64,000 nt of DNA from Eledone cirrhosa (GCA_964016885.1 OZ024744.1:21452001-21516000); one strand, 5' to 3'; counted from the stretch's first letter, positions 1-11,894 are shown. Numbers and translations: made by a program. The notes: generated by a model not told the origin, from the letters alone.

Positions 1-3000
1 ACAAGACGTGACGGCGGGGGTTTTACATAAAAATAACTTTAACATTAATAAATAACAATAAACTATATATAATAAAATAAGAATTGAAATCCCCAATAGG
101 AGGGAATGTTACTGCAAGGTTGTTTTACACCCCGTGTATAGAACAACCCTTATCACCAGGAACACATTTTGTAGGTCTTCCCGTCTTCCCTCTGTTTATC
201 TTCCTCAACCTACAGAGAAGACCCAGTCACTCGGGCCATTTTCACCATATTCACCCACCTTTCAGCGAATTTACTGGGGTGTAGCACCTCTCTCTCCACG
301 CTTGGAAGTGGTACTTAAAGAAGGGGATCAGTTGTTGTCCAGAGAGAAGGGTGTTTGCCCTCAATCCTTTTAACCTTGTCCACTATATTACCTCTTTCAC
401 CATAGCCACCAACAGAGGTAAACCGCCTCTCCTTCATTCTTAAATGAAGGCGGCGGGGTGATCCTCACGATGGACTCGGCTGACAACTGGATACGTCTCA
501 CACGTGACAGTAGCTGTTGGACATAATTCTACAGGTCGGTCACCCTTGGGCACTGAACAATTGCATGCAGAACGGTTTCGATGTCCTGCTCGCATCTTGG
601 ACAGATCCTTTTGGCAGGATCTCTGCCAGGGCGTCCGTGCCTGTAGATTTTGTCTTGAACTAGTAGAGCTCCTCGGTAGCACTGCCAGGCCAGAGACCTC
701 TGGAAGTTATCCATAGACCCTGGACGGAAAGTCCTCCCGAACCAACTGCCTAGAGTTTCCCCGAGAACGTCGTCGCATTTATCCTCCACTAATCCCCTGT
801 AGAATGTCGAACTGGAGTCTCTGCTGATTGCCGTTTCCGCTTGGTAGAGGGCTGTGAGCGTCTGAAGGCACTCGAGGTGCCAGGCACGAATTTTCGGTCT
901 TCGCTTGACCCAGGACTGCAGCTCTGTTAGTGAGACGAGTTGTGGAAGAGCTTTCTCACTAACGACAGCCACACCGGTCCACCGGTCAGGAACACCTGGA
1001 GATGGCGTAGCCTCAGCGCGTGTTTGCGCATCATCAGCCACCGCAAGCCCAGCCCTCCATTAGAAGGGTGTTGACAGCAGGTGGATCTCCTCACCAATGG
1101 AGCCTGTTTCTTCCAGAGGAACTTGAAGAGTAGGCGTTCCATTTTGGTGAGGTATTCGCGGGGACAAGGCACGACTGTCAAGCGCTAGTAGATGACGGAC
1201 GCTATGTAAGTGTTCGCCACCTCCGCTCGACCTTTTAAGGAGAGTTTACACTCACCCCGCTTCTGGATAAGTGCAAACATCTTCGCCATGACCTCGTTCC
1301 AGTTCTTGTCCACCTGGAGGTCTGGACCAAACCAGATCCCGAGCAATTTCACCGGTCCTTCCGTCCAGCGTCCAACGTCACTGTCGGAATGCATGGGTTT
1401 GCCTCTCCATGTGCCGAGTTGCAAACCGACAGACTTGTTTGGGTTTAGTCTTGCTCCTCTCAACGTTTCGTATTACTGTAATAGGTTGCTGATTACCCCA
1501 ATTTCCGAGGTTTTCGACACCATTACACTTATGTCGTCGGCATAGGCCGACGCCGCTTTCCGCAGTCCTGGTTCGATCGGGATGCCCTGCAACAGCTCCA
1601 GCTTCCGCAGTAACGGCTCGAGAGTCAGTACATACAGAATGGAGGAGGGAGGGCACCCCTAACGGATGGAACGCATGACTTGGAATGGCTCCGATAGGTA
1701 GCCATTCACTTTGACTGCCGAGCAGATGTTGCTGTGCATGGCAGCGACCCAGCTTCTGAAGACGGGACCGAAACCGGCCGCCTGCCTTGAGAACCGCTTC
1801 CAAGTATTGATGGTCGACCCTATCAAAGGTTGTCGTGTATGGACCTGGTCGGGATTGCACACGTTTGTGCTTCCCCTACCAGGTTCTCAACAGCAAGCTC
1901 CAGCCTCGCTGCTAGCACCTAGGCCAAACTCTTTAACTCTGTGTTGAGCAGAGTTATGGACCTGAAATTGCTTATCTCAACCCCCCTTGTTCTCTCTTTC
2001 CTGATCAGCGTTACTACGCCTCTGCCTACAGAACTGAGAATCCTCCCGTTCTGCTGCCAGTTGCAGTAGACCGCTTCGAGGTCGCCAGAGAACAAGTCGG
2101 GCATGCTTATGTAAAACTCATAAGGTAGACCATCTAAACCGAGTGATTTGCGTTTCCTGCAGCGGCCTAGGGCATCTTCTATTTCGCCCGCTGTGATCGG
2201 CCTTTTGTAGCTCTCTGCATCCGTGCTCGAGAGTCGTGATACGCCGTCGAGGTAGGAACTGAAGTCCATCACCTCGCTCGACATACCGCTTTGCCCGAAT
2301 AGTTGTGCAAATTGGTGCTGGAACGCCGTGCACATCTGCTTGGATTCAAGTAGAATGCGCCCATCTTTGTCTTGCAAAGACCGAATTGTGGATCTGTTGC
2401 CACTTTTCGTCTCTGCCACTCGGGCCCAGCTAACAGTTTTGGCTCCCTCGTTTCTTAGAATATGTGTTCTACTTCTGACAATACAACCTTCGTGTTTTAC
2501 GTTGAAGAACTGGTCTAGTGCCGTTCTCGTCAGCTTTACTGCCATTCCTAAGGACCTCTTCTACTTTAGCTACCAGTTCCTTTTCGGTTTTGCTTTTTTC
2601 TAAAGCTACTTCCCTGCAAAATGCTATCGATTCTATTTAATTGCTCTCTTGAGAGAGCTCCACCCCCTGTTGTTGACGATCGCCCCCGTCAACTGGCGCT
2701 TAACTAAGGTGCTAATCCGTTTACTGTAGGCCTTACGCGCCGGGAGCGACTTGTTTAGCTTCCAGTATCCGGGTCCCTGTCTATGTATTCTATCAAGGTT
2801 GACTATGTAGGTGACTAATTTGTGGTCTGAATAGGCAACCATGTGCATTTGTGGACAACTTAATGTTTCCTTATCGTTCTGTCTAATTAAAAATCTATCT
2901 AAATATGACCTTGAATACCCAGTGTGGTTGCTGCACGTCCACAGTGGTTCACTTGAGAAGTGTAGTCGATATCTATCAGACAGTTGGAATTGGCTGATGA

Positions 3001-3295
3001 GATTTTTGAGGCTATTACACACCACTCTATTATCACAAGCTCCCAAATTGCGTCTAAAATGCCATTCCAGTCCTCCGCTAACACTAATGAGCGAGACGTT
3101 CCCAGGAATGTCTCCAGATGCTTGAAGAACTCTGGTCGCGATGTCCCAGTCGGGGCATACACGGCACCAGTCTGAAAGCTCCACCTTCACTACCATTCAC
3201 GTCCAGGACCACCAGTCTGCCCTTCGGGTGCAAGTGAATCGTCTCTACTTTGAATTCCAAGATTTTTCGAAACAGAACAGCAACTCCCCCTCCAC
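1..3295 (-). mobile_element. Decayed, 5'-truncated non-LTR retrotransposon (L1/Tx1 clade): ORF2 remnant plus probable 3' UTR
   Basis: Minus-strand ORF pieces are in canonical ORF2 order. APE endonuclease: GGVAVLF...GRLVVLDV...VYAP; SRSYLDRFLI; SDHKLV; GPGYWKLN. RT: KSLGLDGLPYEFY; NFRSITLLNTELK; FDRVDH; SIR*GCP; AYADDI at ~1531-1547. Thumb region: GARLNPNKS, LLGIWFG, GGLGL. C-terminal CCHC motif: ICPRCEQDIETVLHAIVQCP. The region ~1-210 is assumed to be 3' UTR, and the true 3' end may lie outside the window. Confidence 0.93.
210..3295 (-). pseudogene. LINE ORF2 (AP endonuclease-reverse transcriptase-zinc knuckle) pseudogene
   Basis: The reading frame is broken into at least 7 fragments (2633-3196, 2899-3162, 1919-2545, 1378-1862, 1185-1463, 927-1181, 529-1041) by frameshifts and stops, including a TAG at the Q of the RT QGCP motif. 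Confidence 0.9.
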
Positions 3296-4525
3296 CTATG
3301 GCAGTAATGGTGTCGATGATGGCGGCAGTAATGGCGATTGTGGTGATGGTTATGGTGTTGGTGGCGATGGTGGTGGTGTCGAAGGCGATGGTGTTGTTGG
3401 AGCTGATGTTGGTGTCGGTGGTGATGGCGATGGTGCTGCTGGTGAGGTGCTGGTGGCGATGGTGCTGGTGGTGATGGTGGTGGTGGCGATGGTGGTGCTA
3501 GTGTCGATGGTGATGGCGGTGGTGTCGGTGGTGATGGTGGTGATGGTGGTGGTGTTGGTGGTGATGGCGATGGTGTTGGTGGCGATGGTGGTGGCGTCGC
3601 TGGTGTCGGTGATGGTGGTGGTGATGTTGGTGGTGATGGCGATGGTGGTGATGGCGATTGTGGTGGCGTCGGTGGTGATGGTGGTGATGGTGGTGGTGGT
3701 GTTGGTGGCGATGGTGTTGGTGTTGGTGGCGATGGTGGTGGTGGCGATAGTGGTGGTGTTGGTGGTGATGGTGGTGGTGTCGGTGGTGCTGGTGGTGTTG
3801 GTGGCGATGGTGGTGGTGTTGGTAGCGATTGTGGTGGTCGGTGGTAATGGTGGTGATTGCGATGGTGATGGCGATGGTGTTGGTGGCGATGGTGGTGGTG
3901 TCGGTAGTGATGGCGATGGTGATGGTGGTGATGGTGGTGGTGTCGGTGGTGATGGTGGTGATGGTGGTGGTGTCGCTGGTGATGGTGGTGGTGTCGGTGG
4001 TAATGGTGGTGGTGTCGGTGGTGATGGTGGTGATGGTTGTGGTGTCGGTGGTGATGCTGGTGGTGTCGGTGGTGATAGCGATGGTGTCGGTGGTGATGGT
4101 GGTGGCGATGATGGTGGTGTCAGTGGCGATGGTGATGGTGATGGTGGTGATGGTGGTGGTGTCGGTGGTGATGGCGATGGTGATGGTGATGGTGGTGATG
4201 GTGGTGGTGTCGGTGTTGGTGGCGTTGGTGGTGTTGGTGGTGGTGGTGGTGGTGTCGGTGGTGATAGCGATGGTGTCGGTGGTGATGGTGGTGCCGATGA
4301 TGGTGGTGTCGGTGGCGATGGTGATGGTGATGGTGGTGATGGTGGTGGTGTCGGTGGTGATGGCGATGGTGATGGTGGTGATGGTGGTGGTGTCGGTGTT
4401 GGTGGCGTTGGTGGTGTTGGTGGTGATGGTGGTGATGGTGGTGGTGGTGGTGGTGTCGGTGTTGGTGGCGATGGTGGTGGTGCCGATGGTGTTGGTGGCG
4501 ATGGTGGTGGTGGTGATGGTTGTGT
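3296..4525. repeat. Degenerate (GGT/GAT/GGC)n trinucleotide low-complexity tract with internal block duplications
   Basis: About 1.2 kb of ggtggtgatggcgat-type triplets. It produces the spurious Gly/Val/Pro/Thr-rich ORFs 3141-4544, 3350-4621 and 3829-4560. Confidence 0.95.
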
Positions 4526-5472
4526 TTGTCGTCGTGGAGAATAAATCTTTTGTAAGGTGAAAATGTATAGTCGACTTTTCTGAGGCTTTAATCCAGCCAT
4601 AGAATGGTTGGATGGTGGCAACTTAATTAAAAATAGAATTCATTGCAAGCTTAATGTTGCTTCACTCTTCCCATATTTACTTATCGTCTACTGAGCAATC
4701 CATTGAAATGTTATCAGCTGTGTCGTTCATTAAATCGAACACTCCCTCATACTCTTTACTAAAACTCAATGATACAGTAAAAGTCAAAACCACCTGAAAT
4801 TCAGATAAAGAATATTTATTTTCCTAGAATTTTACACAACGGAAGCTTTCATCGAGCAACTTCCGGTATCCACTCAGTGTCTGGCTGGCTCAAGTATTGG
4901 AACGGAATGTTTTTAAATTGAATAAGTCCTCCTTGTCCTTTATTTGTTCGTCTGTTGTTGGTCTTCCAGTACTGTCGTAGTGATATGCCGTTTTTACGAC
5001 TATCTTCCTGAGTTTACGTCTATAATAGCTACACCAGCCACTCGTCGCTCTATGAATCATACTTAGAGCCTTTTGTTAAAAATATCAATCAAATCATACC
5101 TGTATTGATTATTGTATTATACATGAAAGAATACTTTTAGATTTCAGCCAGAACGGAGAGTGGTGAGTTTCCGATTGCACTCGTAAAATATATCAACACA
5201 AAAAATAAGAGAAAACAAAATAAGGAAGAAAATAAAAAGTAAGTGGACAAGACTGGCTGTAGTTTTGGTAGCCTGGGTTGACACTATTGTTAGTAACTAG
5301 ACTTTATGTTATCATGTCAATAACAATGTAACTACGTTCTTGGATTACTACAACTTACTGCAGGAGTTTGTCAGAAAAAGACCAACATATTAAGAATTGC
5401 TTACATACAAATACAATACACCAAATGGCATATGATAAAAATATTAAATACATAACATAATAAAAATCAAAA

Positions 5473-5476
5473 CTAT

Positions 5477-5509
<33 letters not shown>

Positions 5510-5604
5510 CATTACTACTACTACCACTACTACTACAGCCACTACTACTACTAGCACTACTACTACTAACACTACTACTACTTGTACTACTACTACCACT
5601 ACTG

Positions 5605-5642
<38 letters not shown>

Positions 5643-5674
5643 GCTGCTACTACTATTACTACTACCACCACCAA

Positions 5675-5716
<42 letters not shown>

Positions 5717-5753
5717 CACTACTACGACTACCACTGCTACTACTACTACTACA

Positions 5754-5812
<59 letters not shown>

Positions 5813-5818
5813 CACTAG

Positions 5819-5862
<44 letters not shown>

Positions 5863-5944
5863 ATACTACCACTACTACTACTACCACTACCGCTACCAAT
5901 ACTACTAGTATTACTACTACCACTACTACTATCACCACTACTAA

Positions 5945-5994
<50 letters not shown>

Positions 5995-6046
5995 GTACTA
6001 CGACTACTACTACTACTACTACCACTAGTACTACTAATACTACCGA

Positions 6047-6097
<51 letters not shown>
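5473..6097. repeat. (TAC/ACT)n microsatellite, ~620 bp
   Basis: Direct reading of the sequence; explains the poly-V and poly-Y ORFs. Confidence 0.97.
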
Positions 6098-6099
<2 letters not shown>

Positions 6100-6184
6100 T
6101 ATAACAGAAATTAACAATGTACAAGACATGTATTGAAGCTTACATCATAGGTGTGTGAAAAACTGTGATATTCCCTCTCCACTT

Positions 6185-6545
6185 AGTACACATTGGGAGG
6201 TATTAGAGAGACACGGGGGGGGGGGTGATATACCGGTACACCGTCGGTTACGACGACCACTCTTCCGGTTGATCCGATCATCGGACAGCCTGCTTGTGAA
6301 CTTAACCTGCAAGTGGCTGAGCATTCTATAGACACGTGTACCATTAACGTAATTCTCAGGGAGATTCCGTGTGACACCGAATGTGACAAGGCTGACCCTT
6401 CTAAATACAGGTACAATTCATTTTTTGACAGCTGAGTGGAGTGGAGCAAAGTGACTTGCTCAAGGACATAACGCGCCGTCGGGAATCGAACTAACGAACT
6501 TACGGTTGTGAGCCGAATACCTTAATCACAGTCGTCACGCACCTT
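6185..6545 (-). mobile_element. tRNA-derived SINE
   Basis: The minus strand begins with a tRNA-like head carrying A/B-box-like motifs (revcomp of gggaatcgaact = agttcgattccc), followed by ccttgagcaagtcacttt...tccactccactcagctg, a typical SINE central domain, and a unique tail. Confidence 0.7.
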
Positions 6546-6552
6546 TACGTGA

Positions 6553-6746
6553 AGGCGCGTGACTTAGTGGTTAAAGCATTTGGCTTACAATCAGGAGGTT
6601 GTAAGTTCGATTCCCGGTTGATGTGTTGTATCCTTCAGCAAGACACTTTATTTCATGTTGCTCCAGTTTACTCAGCTGTAGAAATGAGTTGTGACGTCAC
6701 TGGTTCCAAGTTGTATCAGACATTGCATTTTCCTTGGACAACATCA
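6553..6746 (+). mobile_element. tRNA-derived SINE, 5' part
   Basis: A-box-like gacttagtggttaa and B-box agttcgattccc, then tccttcagcaagacacttta...ctccagtttactcagctgtagaaatgagt, the same central domain as the adjacent minus-strand SINE. Confidence 0.75.
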
Positions 6747-6829
6747 TATATAGGGTATATATGGTGTATATATATATATAGTGTATATCTAGTGTATATA
6801 TATAGTGTATATATATATATATATATATA

Positions 6830-6860
<31 letters not shown>
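6747..6860. repeat. (TA)n / TATAGTG microsatellite
   Basis: Direct reading of the sequence. Confidence 0.9.
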
Positions 6861-6901
6861 CGATATTAAACAAATGGAAACTATATTTATAAAACCATAT
6901 T

Positions 6902-6967
6902 TATTTCATTATACATATTTCAGGGATACCATATTAAAAATATGGCATGCCTTCTTCAGATAAAATA
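6902..6967 (-). ncRNA. Minimal type I hammerhead ribozyme motif (mirror copy)
   Basis: Reverse complement of 7131-7196, within the left arm of the palindrome. Confidence 0.6.
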
Positions 6968-7130
6968 CAATATATAAGCAGCTTTATAAATAAATTTGAC
7001 GTACCATAGAATTTTGAACAACTTCCATTTAAAAAAGTTGGTTTGGTACTACCAAACCAACTTTTTTAAATGGAAGTTGTTCAAAATTCTATGGTACGTC
7101 AAATTTATTTATAAAACTGCTTATATATTG

Positions 7131-7196
7131 TATTTTATCTGAAGAAGGCATGCCATATTTTTAATATGGTATCCCTGAAATATGTATAATGAAATA
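7131..7196 (+). ncRNA. Minimal type I hammerhead ribozyme motif
   Basis: tattttat-CTGAAGA-aggcatgccata/tttttaa/tatggtatccct-GAAA-tatgta-TA-atgaaata: stem I, core, long stem II and a near-palindromic minimal stem III. Confidence 0.65.
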
Positions 7197-7323
7197 AATA
7201 TGGTTTTATAAATATAGTTTCCATTTGTTTAATATCGTATATCTACTCCAAAACTTGTTGAGTGCTTTATATCAGTTATAAAATATTTACTCGTTGTAAC
7301 CCAACAATTTTAAATAAAACTTT

Positions 7324-7326
<3 letters not shown>

Positions 7327-7421
<95 letters not shown>

Positions 7422-7428
7422 TATAGTG

Positions 7429-7461
<33 letters not shown>

Positions 7462-7566
7462 GTGTATATATAGTGTATATATAGTGTATATATGGTGTAT
7501 ATATATAATGTATATATAATGTATATAGAGTGTATATATATATATAGTGTATATATAGTGTATATT
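7327..7566. repeat. (TA)n / TATAGTG microsatellite
   Basis: Direct reading of the sequence. Confidence 0.92.
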
Positions 7567-7569
7567 AAT

Positions 7570-7772
7570 GTTGTGACGTGACTGATACCAAGCTGTATCA
7601 GCCATTACCTTTCTTTGGACAACATCAGTGACGTAGAGAGGAGAGGTTGGTATGTATGGGAGACTGCTGGTCTTCCACAAACAGCCTTGCACGGACTTGT
7701 ACTTCGGAGGGGAACTCTCTAGGTGCAAATTATACGGTCATTTATGACCGTAGAAGGTCTTTACAATTACCT
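7570..7772 (+). mobile_element. SINE 3' part (same family as 6553-6746)
   Basis: The first ~58 bp (ttgtgacgtgactgataccaagctgtatcagccattacctttctttggacaacatca) align with 6689-6746, then the sequence continues into a tail ending ttacaattac. Confidence 0.6.
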
Positions 7773-7781
7773 TTATATGTA

Positions 7782-8279
7782 CTAGCATGTGTATATTGAT
7801 ATATATGTACTATATTGATGTGTATATTGATGTGTAGTATATTGATGTGTATATTGATATATATACTAGTGTGTATATTGATATATTGTGTATTGTGTAT
7901 ATTAATATTATACGCAGGTATATATACATGTGGTTATGATACATCAAATAAAATCGTAATTGGCAATATACACAGAAATTGAACGAAGACTGCGTTACAC
8001 TGTCTTATGTAATCAGTAACGTAATCCATTGACGAAAATATATGACTGTTTATTTAAGCGATCGCTAACCGGAAGTGTTGACATTTGAAAATGTTAAAGA
8101 AGTGAATCTTAAAATAAGCGACAACATTATTTATATTTAATCAAGAATTACGAAATTTAGTAGAAAAATTATATAATATTCATTCGTTATTTATTCAATG
8201 TAATCCAACTTATTTTACAAACGGGGTAAACACATATTCTGGACGCAGACCCGCACCCTTCTCTTTATTATAGTGTAGA
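7782..8279 (-). mobile_element. Non-autonomous Helitron copy (family A)
   Basis: The minus strand starts A|TCTACACTATAATAAAG and ends ...acatgCTAG|T. It aligns in reverse over ~400 bp with 12758-13213. Confidence 0.75.
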
Positions 8280-8374
8280 TGTGTGTGTATATTAACAGCA
8301 CAAACCTCAGATGTGGTCTATTACCAACTCCACACTTTATTATCATAGACATTCCTCCCAGTGTTCATTTATTG

Positions 8375-9427
8375 CAGCGGTCAACAATCTTTCCGTCCTG
8401 ACGGACCACTAAATTCTAAATCTCGCGGACCAATAATATGAGTTTTTTTAAAAAGATAAATAAATTTGTGATCAAAGAACTCCATTTTATTAATATGAAA
8501 TGTACCTATTAAATATAACAAAATTATGGTCGAAACAATACTGAAGCGAACGTGTGTGATATTGTCGATAGATGATACATATGTGTAAAATTATTTCATG
8601 GATGTTAGTTCTTTACTGAAGAGAAACATTTTTAGGGAGTGTTATAAAATATATTTTAACTGAATATTATTTTTGTTTTATTATATTACTAAAACATAGA
8701 CTGTCTATTTCTCTGTCTGTTTGTCTGTCCAATCACTAAAACTCGAGAACCACCCAACCGAGTTTTTTCAAACTTTACATATGTAATACTTATGGTCCCG
8801 TGAGTGTTTTGAGCCCCAAAAATTCAAATGTTTAATGCCCTAGGCACTGCATTAACCGATTTAGTGATCTCTGTCTATAATTCTTAGTCTTTCTCTTTTT
8901 AGATAGTTCCATAGATATAACATCGCGCCCTTATAATATCTGTCTGCATGCCTAACTGTCTGCATTACGTCATTATTACGCGATCAGTGTGTGTGTGTAT
9001 ATATGTATATATAGTGTGTGTGTATATGTATATATATTCTTATGCCAGGGAACGTTTCCATGAACCAAAGTATCGTCTTCCTGTTTTCCTTCGGTTGCAA
9101 CGTTTTTTGAAATACTTACATCTGCGTTCACAGATTGATTTTTTTAATTTTAGATTCAGAAGATACCGTTAAGGGTGAAAGCAGCGAGTCTTTGCTTAAA
9201 CTTTAATATGTTATTTTAATATAGATATATATATATAATTATATATTCGTGTACAGATATTTTTGCATACACAATAACAATATAAACAAAAGTATTTATT
9301 TCGCGATAAAGTATTGATTTTCTTAGCACGGAAAAAAACCCCTGGTATTCTATGACGAATGTTTCTTATATTCACAAAATGTAGACACCATCCCGAGGCC
9401 GAGGTATTCTGTACTTCTCTGTACTGT

Positions 9428-9462
<35 letters not shown>

Positions 9463-9540
9463 CTATATATATTATTATATATTAATATATAATATATATT
9501 AATATATATTAATATATATTAATATATATTAATATATTAT

Positions 9541-9617
<77 letters not shown>

Positions 9618-9825
9618 TATATTCGTGTACAGATAGTTTTGCATTCACAATAACAAAATATGGACAAACGTATTTATTTCACGAGGCTCGATAAGGATAA
9701 ATATATATCAAATATATAAGAACCCTAGAGCAAATCCCGAGCAACGCCGGGCCATTCTGCTAGTTATTAAAATAAAACATACATTAAAATAAAACATACA
9801 TTTTCTCTCGGACCACCGGTTGTGT
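8375..9825. mobile_element. Possible hAT-type MITE remnant interrupted by a Helitron
   Basis: The left end cagcggtcaacaatcttt...cggaccac resembles hAT/Charlie CAGNGGTCNCCAAC termini. A matching subterminal motif, tcggaccaccggttg, occurs at ~9808-9822. The right TIR is not cleanly recognisable. Confidence 0.4.
8683..9763 (+). mobile_element. Non-autonomous Helitron (family B)
   Basis: 5' tatattactaaaa followed by a (CTGT)n tract. The 3' end has the GC hairpin cccgagcaacgccggg, then ccattctgCTAG|T (CTAG 9760-9763). It contains internal (TA)n and a ~70 bp duplication (9237-9306 / 9613-9684). Confidence 0.75.
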
Positions 9826-9983
9826 CTTGTTTTTATTGTCTCCGCGAGTCTAAATAACAAAATCAATCCTTCGTTATCCATTGTACGATTTCAATATTAA
9901 ACATTTATTTATTTATTTATTTATATTGTCCTTGCCATGTAATTTCATGTAAGTTATGTTTTATTGTTAATGTTTTGTTTACG

Positions 9984-10138
9984 TGGTGGATTGGCAGTAT
10001 CGGTAGAGGGTCGGACGCCATGCATTGATGCATAGAGTTACGGCCCTTGCCATTCAGAGTTCAAATCCCGCCGAGGTTAACTTTACCTTTCATCCTGGGG
10101 TAATTGATGGCCCTGTGCCAAAAGCAGAAACAATTATT
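9984..10138 (+). mobile_element. SINE (tRNA head plus Meta-SINE-like central domain), internally deleted
   Basis: tggcagtatcggtag...gagttcaaatcccgccgaggttaactttacctttcatcc; near-identical motifs occur at 10329-10525 and, inverted, at 10775-10965. Confidence 0.75.
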
Positions 10139-10154
10139 TTGTTTACAGTAAGAT

Positions 10155-10325
10155 AGGAGGATTAGAAATATCTGTAGAGCGTTATACAACACGAGTTGGC
10201 TTTATCTTTCATTATGACAGGGTCGATAAAATAACGTACCAGTAATACACTGGGCTAGATTTAATCGACTTCCACCCTTAATCCACTAAAATTGTTGGCC
10301 TTGTGTTTGATTCAAACACCATTAT
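10155..10325 (+). mobile_element. Degenerate SINE copy (same family)
   Basis: ctttatctttcat...gggtcgataaaataacgtaccagtaatacactggg...ggccttgtg. Confidence 0.6.
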
Positions 10326-10328
10326 TTT

Positions 10329-10525
10329 TGGCAGTATCGGTAGAGCGTCAGCATGGAGTTTATGGCCCTTTACATTCTGTGTTCAAATCCCACCGAGGTT
10401 AGCTTTACCTTTCATCTTTACGGTGTCGATAATAAAAATACCAGTAACACACTGGGTCGATTTAATTGACTTCTTCCCTTCATCCCCTAACATTGTTGGC
10501 GTGTGCCTGTTTCAGAAACCATGAT
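10329..10525 (+). mobile_element. SINE copy (same family)
   Basis: tggcagtatcggtagagcgtc...gttcaaatcccaccgaggttagctttacctttcatc...gtcgataa...taccagtaacacactgggtcgatttaattgac. Confidence 0.75.
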
Positions 10526-10774
10526 TTTCTTCATTTTATCGTTTACTGATTACGCTCTCTACTGTATTTTTCTTCGCTTCCCTCTTCCTTTGTTTAAGTA
10601 TTTTATTAGACGGTTTGACCCCGAACAGGCTAGCAGTTCCCTCAGTAGGGGCTAAGGGTATATCATTCTATTTCTACACTCGGTGATAAAAGAGTCATTT
10701 TGTGAACGGTTTTATATTGTCTAGGAGGTAATATCCGTAGTAGTAGAACACTCAGTCCATGGGACGAGTTCGAA

Positions 10775-10965
10775 ATAATTGTTTCTACTTTTGGCACAAG
10801 GCCATCAATTATCCCAGTGCATTACTGGTACTTTATTTTATCGACCTCGTAAGGATGAAAGGCAAAGTCAACCTCGGCGGGATTTGAACTCAGATCGTAA
10901 AGGGACATAACTATGCTGGAAAGCATGGTGTCTGACCCTCTACCGATACTGCCAATCCACCGCTT
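10775..10965 (-). mobile_element. SINE copy (same family, inverted)
   Basis: Reverse complement of 9984-10138: ggatgaaaggcaaagtcaacctcggcgggatttgaactc...taccgatactgccaatccaccg. Confidence 0.78.
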
Positions 10966-11282
10966 CGAAATAATATTCTGAAAACATTCTCAATGTTGAA
11001 CATTTTTGAATCCACAAATTATTCTAATCTCACAACTTGAAAATAAAATTTTCAACATCCTTCGTAACTGATATTTGTTTATATAAAAAATCAATGCATA
11101 TGCAACATATAGAGAGATATTTATATACATATGACATAACCTAATGTAATAAGATAAAAATACTTAAAACCATAATTCTTCATATCATTTTATAACTCAT
11201 AATATAGGTAACAAAAATATTTTCCCCAAAATTAACGTTATTCTTTTCTTTTTCTCTTCCTTCCTTATAAATATTTAAATTT

Positions 11283-11396
<114 letters not shown>

Positions 11397-11594
11397 CTTT
11401 ACCTGGGTCCTGTATTTTGGTTGCTCTAGTGATGCGGTCGGACTGCCGACTGCTATATCTAATTTGCTAAGCTGTCTGAACATAATGTTATACTCTGGGG
11501 TCTTACCTCATATGAGTGCTAAAGCTACAAACCGAATAAGCATACACGCTAGCTTGGCCGTATACTAGAGCTTCGTCTATGCTGTACTAACATT

Positions 11595-11598
11595 TATA

Positions 11599-11667
<69 letters not shown>
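11595..11667. repeat. (TA)n microsatellite
   Basis: Direct reading of the sequence. Confidence 0.95.
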
Positions 11668-11669
<2 letters not shown>

Positions 11670-11849
11670 CGTTTCTGAATTTGTTTAGCAAGATTCTATA
11701 TCTGAAATCGTGTGTTGAAACCGATATTGTTATACTTTGGGATATTGTTATACTTTGGGAAACCGATATTGTTATGTTTCTGTGACACAGAAACAAAATG
11801 ACGTAGGATAGAAGAAAGGAAAGGCACAGAAACGAAGAAAGGAATCCCC

Positions 11850-11894
11850 AGTCACTGAAGAGGTCACAGAGTGTGTGACGAAAGGACTATGACT
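11850..11894 (+). ncRNA. Degenerate minimal type I hammerhead motif
   Basis: agtca-CTGAAGA-g-gtcaca/gagtg/tgtgac-GAAA-ggac-TA-tgact. Stems I and II pair, but there is one extra G after the core and stem III is not palindromic. Confidence 0.5.

Larger units (their letters stand above)
6856..7326. mobile_element. Penelope-like pLTR remnant as an inverted duplication (arms 6856-7048 and 7050-7242, 1-nt spacer; right arm extends to ~7326)
   Basis: Centre gtttggta-c-taccaaac at 7049; arms ~190 bp with one mismatch seen. Each arm carries a hammerhead core, and both ends abut (TA)n. The Penelope assignment is inferred from the hammerhead plus inverted architecture. Confidence 0.65.

Noticed and set aside
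3141-4621. Long ORFs (467, 423 and 243 aa) resembling glycine-rich, extensin or mucin proteins
   Set aside because: They are open on both strands only because the GGT/GAT triplet tract lacks stops. One begins antisense inside the LINE, and there is no non-repetitive domain.
4850-5060. Minus-strand peptide RKLRKIVVKTAYHYDSTGRPTTDEQIKDKEDLFNLKTF, vaguely like a hAT transposase segment or an exon
   Set aside because: It is short, interrupted by stops and has no diagnostic motif. A tBLASTn/HMM search would be needed to support it.
5444-6124. Poly-Val and poly-Tyr ORFs
   Set aside because: Translation of the (TAC)n microsatellite.
6470-6620. tRNA genes
   Set aside because: A/B boxes are present but there is no convincing cloverleaf, and both heads run into SINE bodies.
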